This document shows positions 18,625-26,990 of a stretch of DNA of 64,000 nt, one piece after another. The translations under genes were made by a program, and so were the position numbers. Below the pieces are notes generated by a model. It was not told where the DNA came from. It saw only the letters and a program-made list of their open reading frames with translations, and searched no databases. Positions within the stretch are counted from its first letter, which is position 1; each line of letters opens with the position of its first letter. The DNA is from an uncultured Candidatus Saccharibacteria bacterium (GTDB lineage Bacteria > Patescibacteriota > Minisyncoccia > Minisyncoccales > Staskawiczbacteraceae). The stretch is from positions 226 to 64,225 of the forward strand of contig CAYOIH010000001.1 of assembly GCA_964404005.1 (NCBI GenBank), in the 5' to 3' direction.

Positions 18625-20589
18625 ATGATGAAGCTTTTCCCCGGAAAGCATTTTTTTGTTTTCTTCGCCAGTGTTTTTATTACAGTTTTTGTGGGATTTT
18701 TTGCCTGGAGCGCAGTGATGAGCGTTGGAGGTGATTTTGTTAATAAAATTTTAAGCTACGCAGACAAAATCAGCGCAGAATTTTTTCCGGCTTCTATTTT
18801 GCAAAAAGAGCCTCAAATTGGCGATATAATATCTGACGTCAATCTTGCCTCCTATAATGATGTCGATGAAGCGCCCGCAGAAGAAGTGATACAAAATCCA
18901 CCCATTATTGAAGGAAGCAGGCAGGATTTATTAGACGATATTCAGGAAAAATTAGATATAATCCAAAGCCAGGTCAATGCTTTGCTCGAGGAAAATGGCA
19001 TGAAAGAAGACATCCAGCAGGACGACCAAGACGCAGACAAAGAAGACCAAGATAAGCAGGAAGAGGACAAAATTAAAGAAGCAGTTGTTTGTACCGGGCA
19101 AATAAATATAAATACCGCTTTGGCCGAAGATTTGGAAAAAATAACTGGAGTGGGCCCGGTAACAGCTCAAAAAATAATACAAGCCCGTCCATTTTATTCG
19201 TTTGAAGATTTGTTAAAAGTGAGCGGTATAGGAGAAAAAACTTTGCAAAAAATAATAGAGCAAGGTTGCGCTTATATCGATTCGGGTTTAGTGCCACCGG
19301 GCCCAGGGGGTACCCCGGGTGGCGGAGGTGGCGGCTCTGCGCCGGTTATTTATCCGAAAATTTTAATTTCAGAGGTGCAGATAGCTGGCGGAACCGATGA
19401 AAAACAAGAATTTGTAGAACTATACAATCCAAATAACACAGACGTTAGTCTAACTGATTGGTATCTGCAAAAGCAAACAAGCAGCGGAAATGTTAGTTAT
19501 TTTGGTAAAAAATCTTTATTTTCGGGTCAAAAAATATTTGCCAACGGGTATTTTTTAATTGCCAGGGCAGGTTATTTTTCGGATTTAAATCCTCTTTCAG
19601 TTAGCACCGCCCTTTCAGATAACAGCTCGTTAATTTTTAGAAACCCCAACGATGGTATCTCCGACGAGGTTAGCTGGTCGCAAATTCCAGCAGGTTTGTC
19701 CTGGGGGAGAAAATGGGATTCGACCAATAATACGGAACAAGATTTTGAAATAGACACCCCAACTTCAAAAACACAAAATACAGTTTTTGTACCCCCAGAT
19801 ATAACCGCGCCAATAATCACCCTAAATAGCACCTCTGAAATTACAATTGATGTCGGTGATGTTTATAACGATGCGGGAGCAACGGCCCTAGATGATATAG
19901 ACGGGGATGTCACAGCAAATATAATAGCCGTCAACCCAGTCGATGCCAATACGACAGGAGATTATATAATTACTTACAATGTTTCTGATGCGGCAGGAAA
20001 TGATGCTGTTGAAGTTACGAGGTCTATCCACGTTGTTGCAGTAGTCCCACCGCCCCCATCGCCAACAGATATAACTCCACCAACTGGGACGATAATAATA
20101 AATGATGGAGCATTATATGTGAACAATAAAAACGTAACTCTAAATCTTTCAGCAAGTGACGTTTCGGGAGTTGTGCAAATGCGATTTAGTAATGGAGGCG
20201 CATACAGCGAGTTTGAGCCATACGCTGATACAAAGCAATGGGCGTTGTCATCTTCCGGCGACGGTGATAAGACAGTCAGAGTAAAGTTTACGGATGGCGT
20301 AGGCAACGAAAATAGTCCTGGTATTCCTGCAAAAATAATTTTAGATACTGCGCCTCCGATTATCACCTTAAATGGCGATGACGTAATAAATCTTAACGTT
20401 AGCGATACATATCAAGAACTTGGTGCTGCTATTGCAGACGTAAATTCGGATGTTTTAATAATCGGTGGTGATACTGTAGATACATCTGCGTCCAATACTT
20501 TTTACATAACTTACGATACGGTTGATTTGGCAGGGAATAGTGCTATACAAGTTATAAGAACCGTAATAGTAAATGAAATAGAAAATTAA
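18625..20589 (+). CDS. membrane-anchored ComEA-like HhH + lamin-tail domain + Ig-like (DUF5011-like) repeat protein
   Basis: ININTA..LEKITGVGPVTAQKII..VSGIGEKT (HhH); ILISEV..EFVELYNP (LTD); D-TAPIITLN..GATALDDIDGD repeats. Confidence 0.75.
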   Translation: MMKLFPGKHFFVFFASVFITVFVGFFAWSAVMSVGGDFVNKILSYADKISAEFFPASILQKEPQIGDIISDVNLASYNDVDEAPAEEVIQNPPIIEGSRQDLLDDIQEKLDIIQSQVNALLEENGMKEDIQQDDQDADKEDQDKQEEDKIKEAVVCTGQININTALAEDLEKITGVGPVTAQKIIQARPFYSFEDLLKVSGIGEKTLQKIIEQGCAYIDSGLVPPGPGGTPGGGGGGSAPVIYPKILISEVQIAGGTDEKQEFVELYNPNNTDVSLTDWYLQKQTSSGNVSYFGKKSLFSGQKIFANGYFLIARAGYFSDLNPLSVSTALSDNSSLIFRNPNDGISDEVSWSQIPAGLSWGRKWDSTNNTEQDFEIDTPTSKTQNTVFVPPDITAPIITLNSTSEITIDVGDVYNDAGATALDDIDGDVTANIIAVNPVDANTTGDYIITYNVSDAAGNDAVEVTRSIHVVAVVPPPPSPTDITPPTGTIIINDGALYVNNKNVTLNLSASDVSGVVQMRFSNGGAYSEFEPYADTKQWALSSSGDGDKTVRVKFTDGVGNENSPGIPAKIILDTAPPIITLNGDDVINLNVSDTYQELGAAIADVNSDVLIIGGDTVDTSASNTFYITYDTVDLAGNSAIQVIRTVIVNEIEN

Positions 20590-21654
20590 ATGGATTTAGG
20601 TAATTTAGAAAAAGTTTTGGAAAATGAGCCGGAGTATCGCTTAAAACAGGCGAGAGAAGCGGTTTATAAAAATTTTATCTCTGATTGGTCAGAGGCAACT
20701 TTTTTTACAAAAGATTTACGAGATAAGTTAAATAAAGAATGTCCGCTAAAAATTGAGGCAGATGTTTTAATTTCAAAAAAAGAAGACAGCGTAAAAGCTA
20801 GGATTACCCTAAAAGACGGATTAAAAATTGAAGCTGTTTTAATGCGTCATAAAGATGGCAGGAATACCGTTTGCGTTTCTTCGCAGGTTGGATGCCCTTT
20901 GGGATGCCTTTTTTGTGCCACAGGAAAAATGGGTTTTAAAAGAAATTTAACTTCTGATGAAATTTTAGAGCAGGTGATATTTTTTAGTCGGTATCTAAAA
21001 AATATCACCCTGAGCGAAGTCGAAGGGTCATCCATGCGTGTGACTAATGTCACTTATATGGGAATGGGAGAGCCGTTTTTGAATTATGAAAATGTTTTAA
21101 AATCTATAAGAATTTTAAATAATAAAGACTTTTTTAATATCGGGGCCCGGTCAATTTCTGTTTCAACAGCTGGGATTATTGAGGGTATAAAAAAGTTTAG
21201 CGAAGAAGGTTTACAGCTAAATCTGGCGATTTCTCTACATGCGTCGAACAACGAACTCAGAAAATCTTTAATGCCAATAAGTAAAAAATATTCATTGGAA
21301 GATGTTTTAAGGGCAGTTGATGAATATATTGAGAAAACTAAAAGAAAAGTGATGTTTGAGTATGTTTTAATTGACGGCGTTAACGACTCTGAAGAACACG
21401 CTCAAGAGCTAGCAAAATTAATGCGCAACCCTTCGACTTCGCTCAGGGCAAGGAAATTATATTTTTTAAACTTAATTCTTTACAACGCAACCCCGCCTTC
21501 TTCGGGGCAAGCAGAAATATTTAAGCCTTCAAAAACAAAAAACGTTGAAAAGTTTAAATCTATTTTAGAAAAAAACAAGGTTAATTTTGTTCAGCGTTAC
21601 AGGTTTGGTGATGACATAAACGCGGCTTGTGGGCAATTTGTCACCAATAAATAA
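20590..21654 (+). CDS. rlmN: 23S rRNA m2A2503 methyltransferase RlmN
   Basis: SSQVGCPLGCLFC, MGMGEP, AISLHA, DINAACGQ. Confidence 0.93.
   Translation: MDLGNLEKVLENEPEYRLKQAREAVYKNFISDWSEATFFTKDLRDKLNKECPLKIEADVLISKKEDSVKARITLKDGLKIEAVLMRHKDGRNTVCVSSQVGCPLGCLFCATGKMGFKRNLTSDEILEQVIFFSRYLKNITLSEVEGSSMRVTNVTYMGMGEPFLNYENVLKSIRILNNKDFFNIGARSISVSTAGIIEGIKKFSEEGLQLNLAISLHASNNELRKSLMPISKKYSLEDVLRAVDEYIEKTKRKVMFEYVLIDGVNDSEEHAQELAKLMRNPSTSLRARKLYFLNLILYNATPPSSGQAEIFKPSKTKNVEKFKSILEKNKVNFVQRYRFGDDINAACGQFVTNK
21008..21027 (-). repeat. family A element, reverse orientation, inside rlmN
   Basis: CCCTGAGCGAAGTCGAAGGG; encodes TLSEVEG. Confidence 0.85.
21429..21449 (+). repeat. family A element inside rlmN
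   Basis: CCCTTCGACTTCGCTCAGGGC; its first 20 nt are the exact reverse complement of 21008-21027; encodes PSTSLRA. Confidence 0.85.
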
Positions 21655-21690
21655 ACAAAAAACCGAGCCACCGAGCTCGGTTTTTTGTTT
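21653..21690. terminator. bidirectional-type intrinsic terminator
   Basis: 16-bp stem AAACAAAAAACCGAGC / GCTCGGTTTTTTGTTT. Confidence 0.8.
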
Positions 21691-21757
21691 GGTTATCCAC
21701 AGGTGAAGTATTTCTAAGATTATGATACAATTACAAAACGCATAAAAATGCGCTTTA

Positions 21758-21871
21758 CCCCGTTAGAGATCATTAGGGGTAGGGTTTAGTTATTTTTAAA
21801 TATTGCGAATCAGTTTTGGATCGTAAAGACGTTTTTTAAATTTTTTTGTGGGCAATAAATCTCTAACGGGG
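21758..21871. mobile_element. family B miniature inverted-repeat element, intergenic, 114 nt
   Basis: TTTA|CCCCGTTAGAGAT...ATCTCTAACGGGG|TTTA. Confidence 0.8.
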
Positions 21872-21906
21872 TTTACTTTTATTTTTTTTCTTGTTAGATT
21901 TTAGGA

Positions 21907-22632
21907 ATGCAAGATAAATTTCTAAACCCCGTTAGAAAGGCCGAGTTATCTGGACAAGATAATGTTTTTGGAAATAATGAGAAAGAAATACAACATGGAC
22001 AATCATTTTTAGAAATTTCTAAAAAAGAAATTTCTAAAAACAGGCTTTCTAACGGGGTAAAACTAACAAACACAGTTTATAAAGTGCTTGAGTTTTTTCC
22101 GGAATCAGATCCGTTAAAAAACAGGGCAAAAGATCGGGTGTTATCCATAATGGAGTATCTGACACTGATTGATAAAGGCAGTAATGATTCTGTAATTAAA
22201 ACTCATATTTCAGAAGATATAGATGTGCTTTTGGGCTATCTTTGGATAGGCAAATCGCAGGGTTGGTTAAACTCGTCTAACTGCCTTATAATCTCTAATG
22301 AATATGAAAAAATAACCCTTCAGCTTCGTTCAGGGCAGGAAAAAGAAATAGAACCGGCGATACCCGACAAAAGTCCCGCCGTTGCGGGACAATTTGACGG
22401 GCCCGCCATAATCTCGCCAATGGCGAGTTTGGGCGGGGAGCAGTTAGGCACTCGGCAGAAAAAAATTCTTGAATTTTTAGGTAAAAATGAAAAAGCGCAG
22501 GTTATGGATTTACGGGCGATATTGTCGGATGTCACAAAGAGAACCATAAGAAGGGATTTAGACGAATTACTTGAAGCCGGTAAAATAGTAAGATTGGGGG
22601 AGTTTAATCAAGTTTTTTACAAGACTAAGTGA
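21907..22632 (+). CDS. four-helix-bundle-like N-domain plus C-terminal DeoR-type winged HTH protein
   Basis: KLTNTVYKVLEFFPESDPLK helical pattern; RQKKILEFL..VTKRTIRRDLDELL HTH. Confidence 0.65.
   Translation: MQDKFLNPVRKAELSGQDNVFGNNEKEIQHGQSFLEISKKEISKNRLSNGVKLTNTVYKVLEFFPESDPLKNRAKDRVLSIMEYLTLIDKGSNDSVIKTHISEDIDVLLGYLWIGKSQGWLNSSNCLIISNEYEKITLQLRSGQEKEIEPAIPDKSPAVAGQFDGPAIISPMASLGGEQLGTRQKKILEFLGKNEKAQVMDLRAILSDVTKRTIRRDLDELLEAGKIVRLGEFNQVFYKTK
21927..22057. mobile_element. family B element, 131 nt, in frame near the CDS 5' end
   Basis: TAAA|CCCCGTTAGAAAG...CTTTCTAACGGGG|TAAA; 131+4 = 135 nt = 45 codons. Confidence 0.85.
22316..22437 (+). repeat. cluster of hairpin elements in the interdomain linker
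   Basis: Family A CCCTTCAGCTTCGTTCAGGGC 22316-22336; GTCCCGC-cgtt-GCGGGAC 22373-22390; nested CCCGCC..CTCGCCA-a-TGGCGAG..GGCGGG 22402-22437. Confidence 0.7.
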
Positions 22633-22778
22633 TAGGACAAGGTGGGACAAAGATATATATAGATAGGACATTAAGTTAAATAGGTATGTCCTACCTGCCT
22701 CGCCAGTCAAGGCGGTGGTCTAAAATATGGGTAAAAAGCTTGTGTTTTTATAATATTTGTGCTAATATTTAACCTTAA

Positions 22779-23306
22779 ATGGCAGATAGCCTAAACGAAC
22801 AATTTAGCCAGATTTACGACCAATATATTGATAAAATATATAGGTTTGTTTATTTAAAGGTCAGCTCCCAAGAAATGGCCGAGGATATTGTGTCTAAGGT
22901 GTTTTTAAGGGGTTTTGAGGCCTATAAGGCTCAATATCAAACACCCAACACCCAACACCCAATTCAAAATCCGGGTGCCTTTCTATACCAAATAGCCAGA
23001 AACGCGGTTGTAGACCACTACAGAGACAAGGGGAGGTCAAAGGTTGTATCGGTTGACCTTGGCCCGGAAATAGTTGACCCGGGGACAAATGCCCAGGATA
23101 AGGCTATTTTAAGCGCTGATATTACTAATATTAGAAAGGCCATACAAAAGCTTAAAAAAGAGCACCAGGACATAATTATATGGCATTATTTAGAGGATAT
23201 GCCAATTACTGATATCGCCGAGCTATTGGGCAAGCCGGCTGGGACAGTGAGGGTGGCACTGCATAGGGGGCTAAAAGAGCTTAAAGATATAATCCAAGAG
23301 TCATAA
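22779..23306 (+). CDS. ECF RNA polymerase sigma factor
   Basis: Region 2 (AEDIVSKVF..FLYQIARNAVVDHYR) and region 4 (IAELLGKPAGTVRVALHRG). Confidence 0.92.
   Translation: MADSLNEQFSQIYDQYIDKIYRFVYLKVSSQEMAEDIVSKVFLRGFEAYKAQYQTPNTQHPIQNPGAFLYQIARNAVVDHYRDKGRSKVVSVDLGPEIVDPGTNAQDKAILSADITNIRKAIQKLKKEHQDIIIWHYLEDMPITDIAELLGKPAGTVRVALHRGLKELKDIIQES
22932..22962 (+). repeat. 7-nt tandem repeat inside the ECF sigma gene
   Basis: CAATATC AAACACC CAACACC CAACACC CAA. Confidence 0.7.
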
Positions 23307-23352
23307 TCTACAGATTCCCGGAGTCTGTAATTGCTCAAGGCTTCTAACGGGG

Positions 23353-23380
23353 TGTAACAAAACAGCCATCTCAAGCGTCA
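23353..23380 (+). promoter_or_regulatory. ECF-type promoter upstream of the putative anti-sigma gene
   Basis: TGTAAC-N17-CGTCA. Confidence 0.65.
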
Positions 23381-23397
23381 TACTTATAAAGCACACA

Positions 23398-24159
23398 ATG
23401 ACAAAAATAACACAAAAAAAACTTATAGAGTCGTTGTCGCAACTCAAAGAAATAAAACCCAGGAAAGAATGGGCTGTTTTGCTTAAGTCGCAAATCTTGG
23501 CTTCGCCCGCCGAAGCTTTAGCGCAGGAGGGCAGAAAAGCATTGGTTCAAAAAACCAGTATTTTAGATATTTTCTCTTCGGTGTTCTTCCCCTTCGGCGG
23601 GCTCAGGGCAGGCAGAAAATTGGCATATGCTTTTTCAGTCATTCTTTTGTTTGTTGTAGGGGTTTTTGGGTTTGCTGAATATACAGTTCCCGGGGACATG
23701 CTATTCCCGATGAAAAAAATTGCCGAGCAGTCGCAGGCAGCTTTGACAGGACAAACCAAATTAAATCAAGACGTCGCAACGCTAAATAGCAGAATAAACG
23801 ATTTGGCCCAAGTTGCAAAAGCAGGGAGAAAAGACAACATTCCTTCGGCAATAAGTGAGGTTTCAGCAAACGCATCACAGTTGGCAAAAAGCTTAAAAGA
23901 TAATCCTGTAAACGACCCGCAGACACTTAAAGAAATTGCGATTAGTTTAAAAACATTAGCCGACGTACAGGGAACTGACTTAACCGCTACGCCTGGCATA
24001 AGCGACCTTTATCAGACATTAGACCAAAACGAGATTAACGATTACCAAAAAACAACTTTAACAGAAGACCAGCAGAATATATTGGCTGAAGCAGAAGATT
24101 TATACAGTCAGGGGAAATATTATGAAGCGTTCGAAAAAATATTAACAATAGGTAATTAA
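23398..24159 (+). CDS. putative membrane anti-sigma factor (DUF5667-like domain)
   Basis: Follows the ECF sigma; single TM segment then VPGDMLFPMKKIAE motif; carries family C (23505-23532) and family A (23590-23609) inserts. Confidence 0.6.
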   Translation: MTKITQKKLIESLSQLKEIKPRKEWAVLLKSQILASPAEALAQEGRKALVQKTSILDIFSSVFFPFGGLRAGRKLAYAFSVILLFVVGVFGFAEYTVPGDMLFPMKKIAEQSQAALTGQTKLNQDVATLNSRINDLAQVAKAGRKDNIPSAISEVSANASQLAKSLKDNPVNDPQTLKEIAISLKTLADVQGTDLTATPGISDLYQTLDQNEINDYQKTTLTEDQQNILAEAEDLYSQGKYYEAFEKILTIGN

Positions 24160-24217
24160 AATTATAACTGACTCGGCAAGAAACTCGTACTTTTTTGCCG
24201 ATTATTAAAAAAATAAC

Positions 24218-24357
24218 ATTTGACGAGTCGTTTGTTCGTGATTAGTACGCTCGCCCCGTTAGAAATCTGCGGTAAAAACCGCGAATTTCTAACGGGGTAA
24301 ATCGCGAGCTATAGATAAATTAAATATTTGACGAGTCGTTTGTTCGTGATTAGTACG
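24218..24357 (+). repeat. 32-bp perfect direct repeat, 2 copies (24218-24249, 24326-24357)
   Basis: ATTTGACGAGTCGTTTGTTCGTGATTAGTACG twice. Confidence 0.9.
24254..24297. mobile_element. family B element, 44 nt
   Basis: CTCG|CCCCGTTAGAAAT...ATTTCTAACGGGG|TAAA. Confidence 0.85.
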
Positions 24358-24474
24358 TAAAATCATGAACGATATAAGGTCGACCGACGAGAAATAAAAA
24401 ACTTAATCAATAATTTCTTATTTACTTAAATATTTATATTTAAATAAACAAGAAAAAAAATAAATAACACAAAA

Positions 24475-26424
24475 ATGAGTATTAAAAGAACAATTATAAC
24501 AACCATATTGGCATTGGCCTTGGTTGCAACAGTTGCTCCTGCAACAACTCAAGCTACAACAATTGACGATTTGTTAGTTCAAATCGCTTCACTTCAAGCT
24601 CAGTTGGTAGCCCTACAAGGAGGCAGCAGCACACCAGTTCCAACTGGAATAGTTGCTTGCTCAGGAGTTACATTCACAAGAGATTTAACAGTTGGCGCAA
24701 CAGGATCAGATGTAAAATGCTTACAGGTCCTTTTAAACACCAACGGCTATACACTTGCAACAGCAGGAGCAGGATCACCTGGGATGGAAACATCTTACTT
24801 TGGTCCAATAACCTTGTCGGCTGTTAGAGCATTCCAGGCAGCAAAAGGATGGACACCTGCAAATCAGGTTGGCCCATTAACAAGAGCAGCATTAAATACA
24901 CTTATCGGTACAACACCGACAACACCAGTTACCCCAACAGCAGGATGCCCGGCAGGAGCAGTTTATAACTCCGTAACCGGAGCATTATGCACAGTAGCAA
25001 CACCTGGAGCAACAGGATTTATTGATGCAGGTACATTGTCTCCTTCGCCAGCAGATAACGCAAATGTTATAACAACATCAAACGTTCCTGTGTTAGGATT
25101 AAATGTTAAAGCAATCGGCTCTAACATGACAGTTACCAGCGCAAAGGTTCAGTTAGCAATAAGTACTGGAGAGCATCCAGCCAACGTAGTGCAAAACCTT
25201 TATGTCTATGACGGAAGCACATTATTGGGTTCATACCCGGTTAATACAAGCACCGTTGTCAAGACCACAACCACTTACTATTTAATCTTGTCAGGATTCA
25301 ACTTTATGGTTCCTGTCAACACTACAAAAGTATTGACTGTTACAGCTGACTTCAATCCATCATTAGAAACAAGCAGAACCCTAACAGTTAACTTGGTTGA
25401 TACGTCTTCATTAAGAGCAGTTGACGGAGCCGGAGTATATACAACCGGTGGCGTAGCTACAGCCAGAACCTACGTAATAGCATACGCAACTGTTGGAACC
25501 TCAACACTGGCAGTTACCACTAACGTTTCTACTCTTGATTCAACTTCGGTTAATGTAAACCACACCAGCGGCAGAACAGATGTTCCAATGTTTATTTTCA
25601 GCGCAAAATCGTCAACAGGAGCTTCTACAATAACAGACTTAGTCCTTACAGCTCAGGGAGATGCCACAGGAATTGCATCAATGTCAGCTGTAAAATTGTA
25701 TGACGGTTCAACATTATTGGGTTCGGTTGCATTAAGCAGCGCAGTATCTGGAGCAACAGCTACATTTACTGACCTTTCAATCCCTGTAGCAAAAGATGCT
25801 ACAAAAACATTTACTGTAAAGGCAGACTTTTCAGCAGCTGTAACTCAAAGCACTTTGGGTGTAAACTTGTCTATATTAATTCCGGCTCACGACGTTACTT
25901 TCGACGAACCGAATTTGACATCAGCACATCCTACAGCATCTGCAGCAGTCTCCGGAAACGCTATGTATTTGTATGACGGTGTAGCAACAACATTTACACT
26001 TGTTAGCGCATCATCTTTATATGAATACAACTCCACAGTGCCGTCAACGTCTTGGACAACAGGTACAATTACCTTGAAGGTTCACTCAGACGGTGGAACT
26101 ACAGTAATGCCACTTTCTGCGCACTTCACAGTTAATGCCTACAGAAACGGTAGCTCAATGGGAGCAGCAGTCACACAGTCTATTACAGTAACACCAGAGT
26201 CTACTATTTCTGATGGCAGTGACGCAGTAGTAGTTATCAATCTTTCAGAGCCAGTAGGATCTGTGGCAGCCGGCGTGGTAGACTCTTTCTCTGGCACTGG
26301 TGCTATTGATTTCAGAGTAGACAGCATTTCATGGCAGTGTTCAGATGGTACACTTACATCCACAGAAGCAAGTCAGGATTGGGGAATATCTACCTTCAAG
26401 ACACCTACAGCAAACGCTCAGTAA
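24475..26424 (+). CDS. secreted Thr/Ser/Ala-rich surface (S-layer-like) protein with peptidoglycan-binding domain
   Basis: Signal peptide, short coiled coil, FTRDLTVGATGSDVKCLQ..YFGPIT..VRAFQ PG-binding motif, beta-rich body, strong ACA/GCA/TCA codon bias. Confidence 0.75.
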   Translation: MSIKRTIITTILALALVATVAPATTQATTIDDLLVQIASLQAQLVALQGGSSTPVPTGIVACSGVTFTRDLTVGATGSDVKCLQVLLNTNGYTLATAGAGSPGMETSYFGPITLSAVRAFQAAKGWTPANQVGPLTRAALNTLIGTTPTTPVTPTAGCPAGAVYNSVTGALCTVATPGATGFIDAGTLSPSPADNANVITTSNVPVLGLNVKAIGSNMTVTSAKVQLAISTGEHPANVVQNLYVYDGSTLLGSYPVNTSTVVKTTTTYYLILSGFNFMVPVNTTKVLTVTADFNPSLETSRTLTVNLVDTSSLRAVDGAGVYTTGGVATARTYVIAYATVGTSTLAVTTNVSTLDSTSVNVNHTSGRTDVPMFIFSAKSSTGASTITDLVLTAQGDATGIASMSAVKLYDGSTLLGSVALSSAVSGATATFTDLSIPVAKDATKTFTVKADFSAAVTQSTLGVNLSILIPAHDVTFDEPNLTSAHPTASAAVSGNAMYLYDGVATTFTLVSASSLYEYNSTVPSTSWTTGTITLKVHSDGGTTVMPLSAHFTVNAYRNGSSMGAAVTQSITVTPESTISDGSDAVVVINLSEPVGSVAAGVVDSFSGTGAIDFRVDSISWQCSDGTLTSTEASQDWGISTFKTPTANAQ

Positions 26425-26463
26425 TTATTGCTAATATGCCTTCTTGTGAAAGGTGTATAGCAT

Positions 26464-26497
26464 AACCAAAAAGCCACCTTCGGGTGGCTTTTTGGTT
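26464..26497. terminator. bidirectional terminator between convergent genes
   Basis: 15-bp stem with a cTTCGg tetraloop. Confidence 0.85.
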
Positions 26498-26580
26498 CAC
26501 GGATTATACTGATAATAGCTGATTTATACTGATAAATTAAACTATCCGCATAAATCAGTCGAAATCTGCATTAATCAGCG
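26498..26580. repeat. ~10-nt periodic C(G/T)GAT / ATC(A/C/T)G array
   Basis: Motifs at 26500, 26509, 26519, 26529 and inverted at 26544, 26554, 26564, 26574. Confidence 0.7.
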
Positions 26581-26990
26581 TTATTTAATGTCTTAATAGT
26601 ATGTATATATCTTTTAATTATTATTTTCTGTGGGCTGAAATTTATTAGAAATCCTAATTGGTATTTTGACCCTTTCAAGTACCCCCAGAATTGCTTTTCA
26701 TCTTCTTTGGTTGTAAATGACTTAGATTTTAATTCTACTATAATTTTGTTTTCCACAATTATATCCGGAATGTATACGCCAATTTTTTCGTTATTATAGT
26801 AGATATCAATTCTTTTTTCTTTTTCTATTGCCAAGTCGGAAGAAGTTAATTCATTGCATAACGCTCGCTGTATAATTTTTTCTTTAATTCCTCCGCCCAG
26901 AGCATTGTAAACTTTAAAACAAGCCCCTCTGATTTTATAGGATTCTTTTTCATATAATAAATTATCTGTATAAATCTGTTTAATCGGCAT
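26571..26990 (-). CDS. GxxExxY family protein (PD-(D/E)XK nuclease-like)
   Basis: YKIRGACFKVYNALGGGIKEKI, PDIIVENKIIVELKS, GFLINF. Confidence 0.85.
   Translation of the reverse strand: MPIKQIYTDNLLYEKESYKIRGACFKVYNALGGGIKEKIIQRALCNELTSSDLAIEKEKRIDIYYNNEKIGVYIPDIIVENKIIVELKSKSFTTKEDEKQFWGYLKGSKYQLGFLINFSPQKIIIKRYIHTIKTLNNAD

Noticed and set aside
19298-19317. Third copy of the GCGRCCCARAGGGYACCC element
   Set aside because: 16/20 match, but it lies in a Pro/Gly linker where such GC-rich codons are expected; not counted.
21907-22632. Four-helix bundle as Avd of a diversity-generating retroelement
   Set aside because: No reverse transcriptase and no TR/VR pair with adenine-specific mismatches seen; the protein is fused to an HTH.
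24218-24357. 32-bp direct repeats as a CRISPR array
   Set aside because: Only two copies, a 76-nt spacer mostly made of a family B element, and no cas genes in the window.
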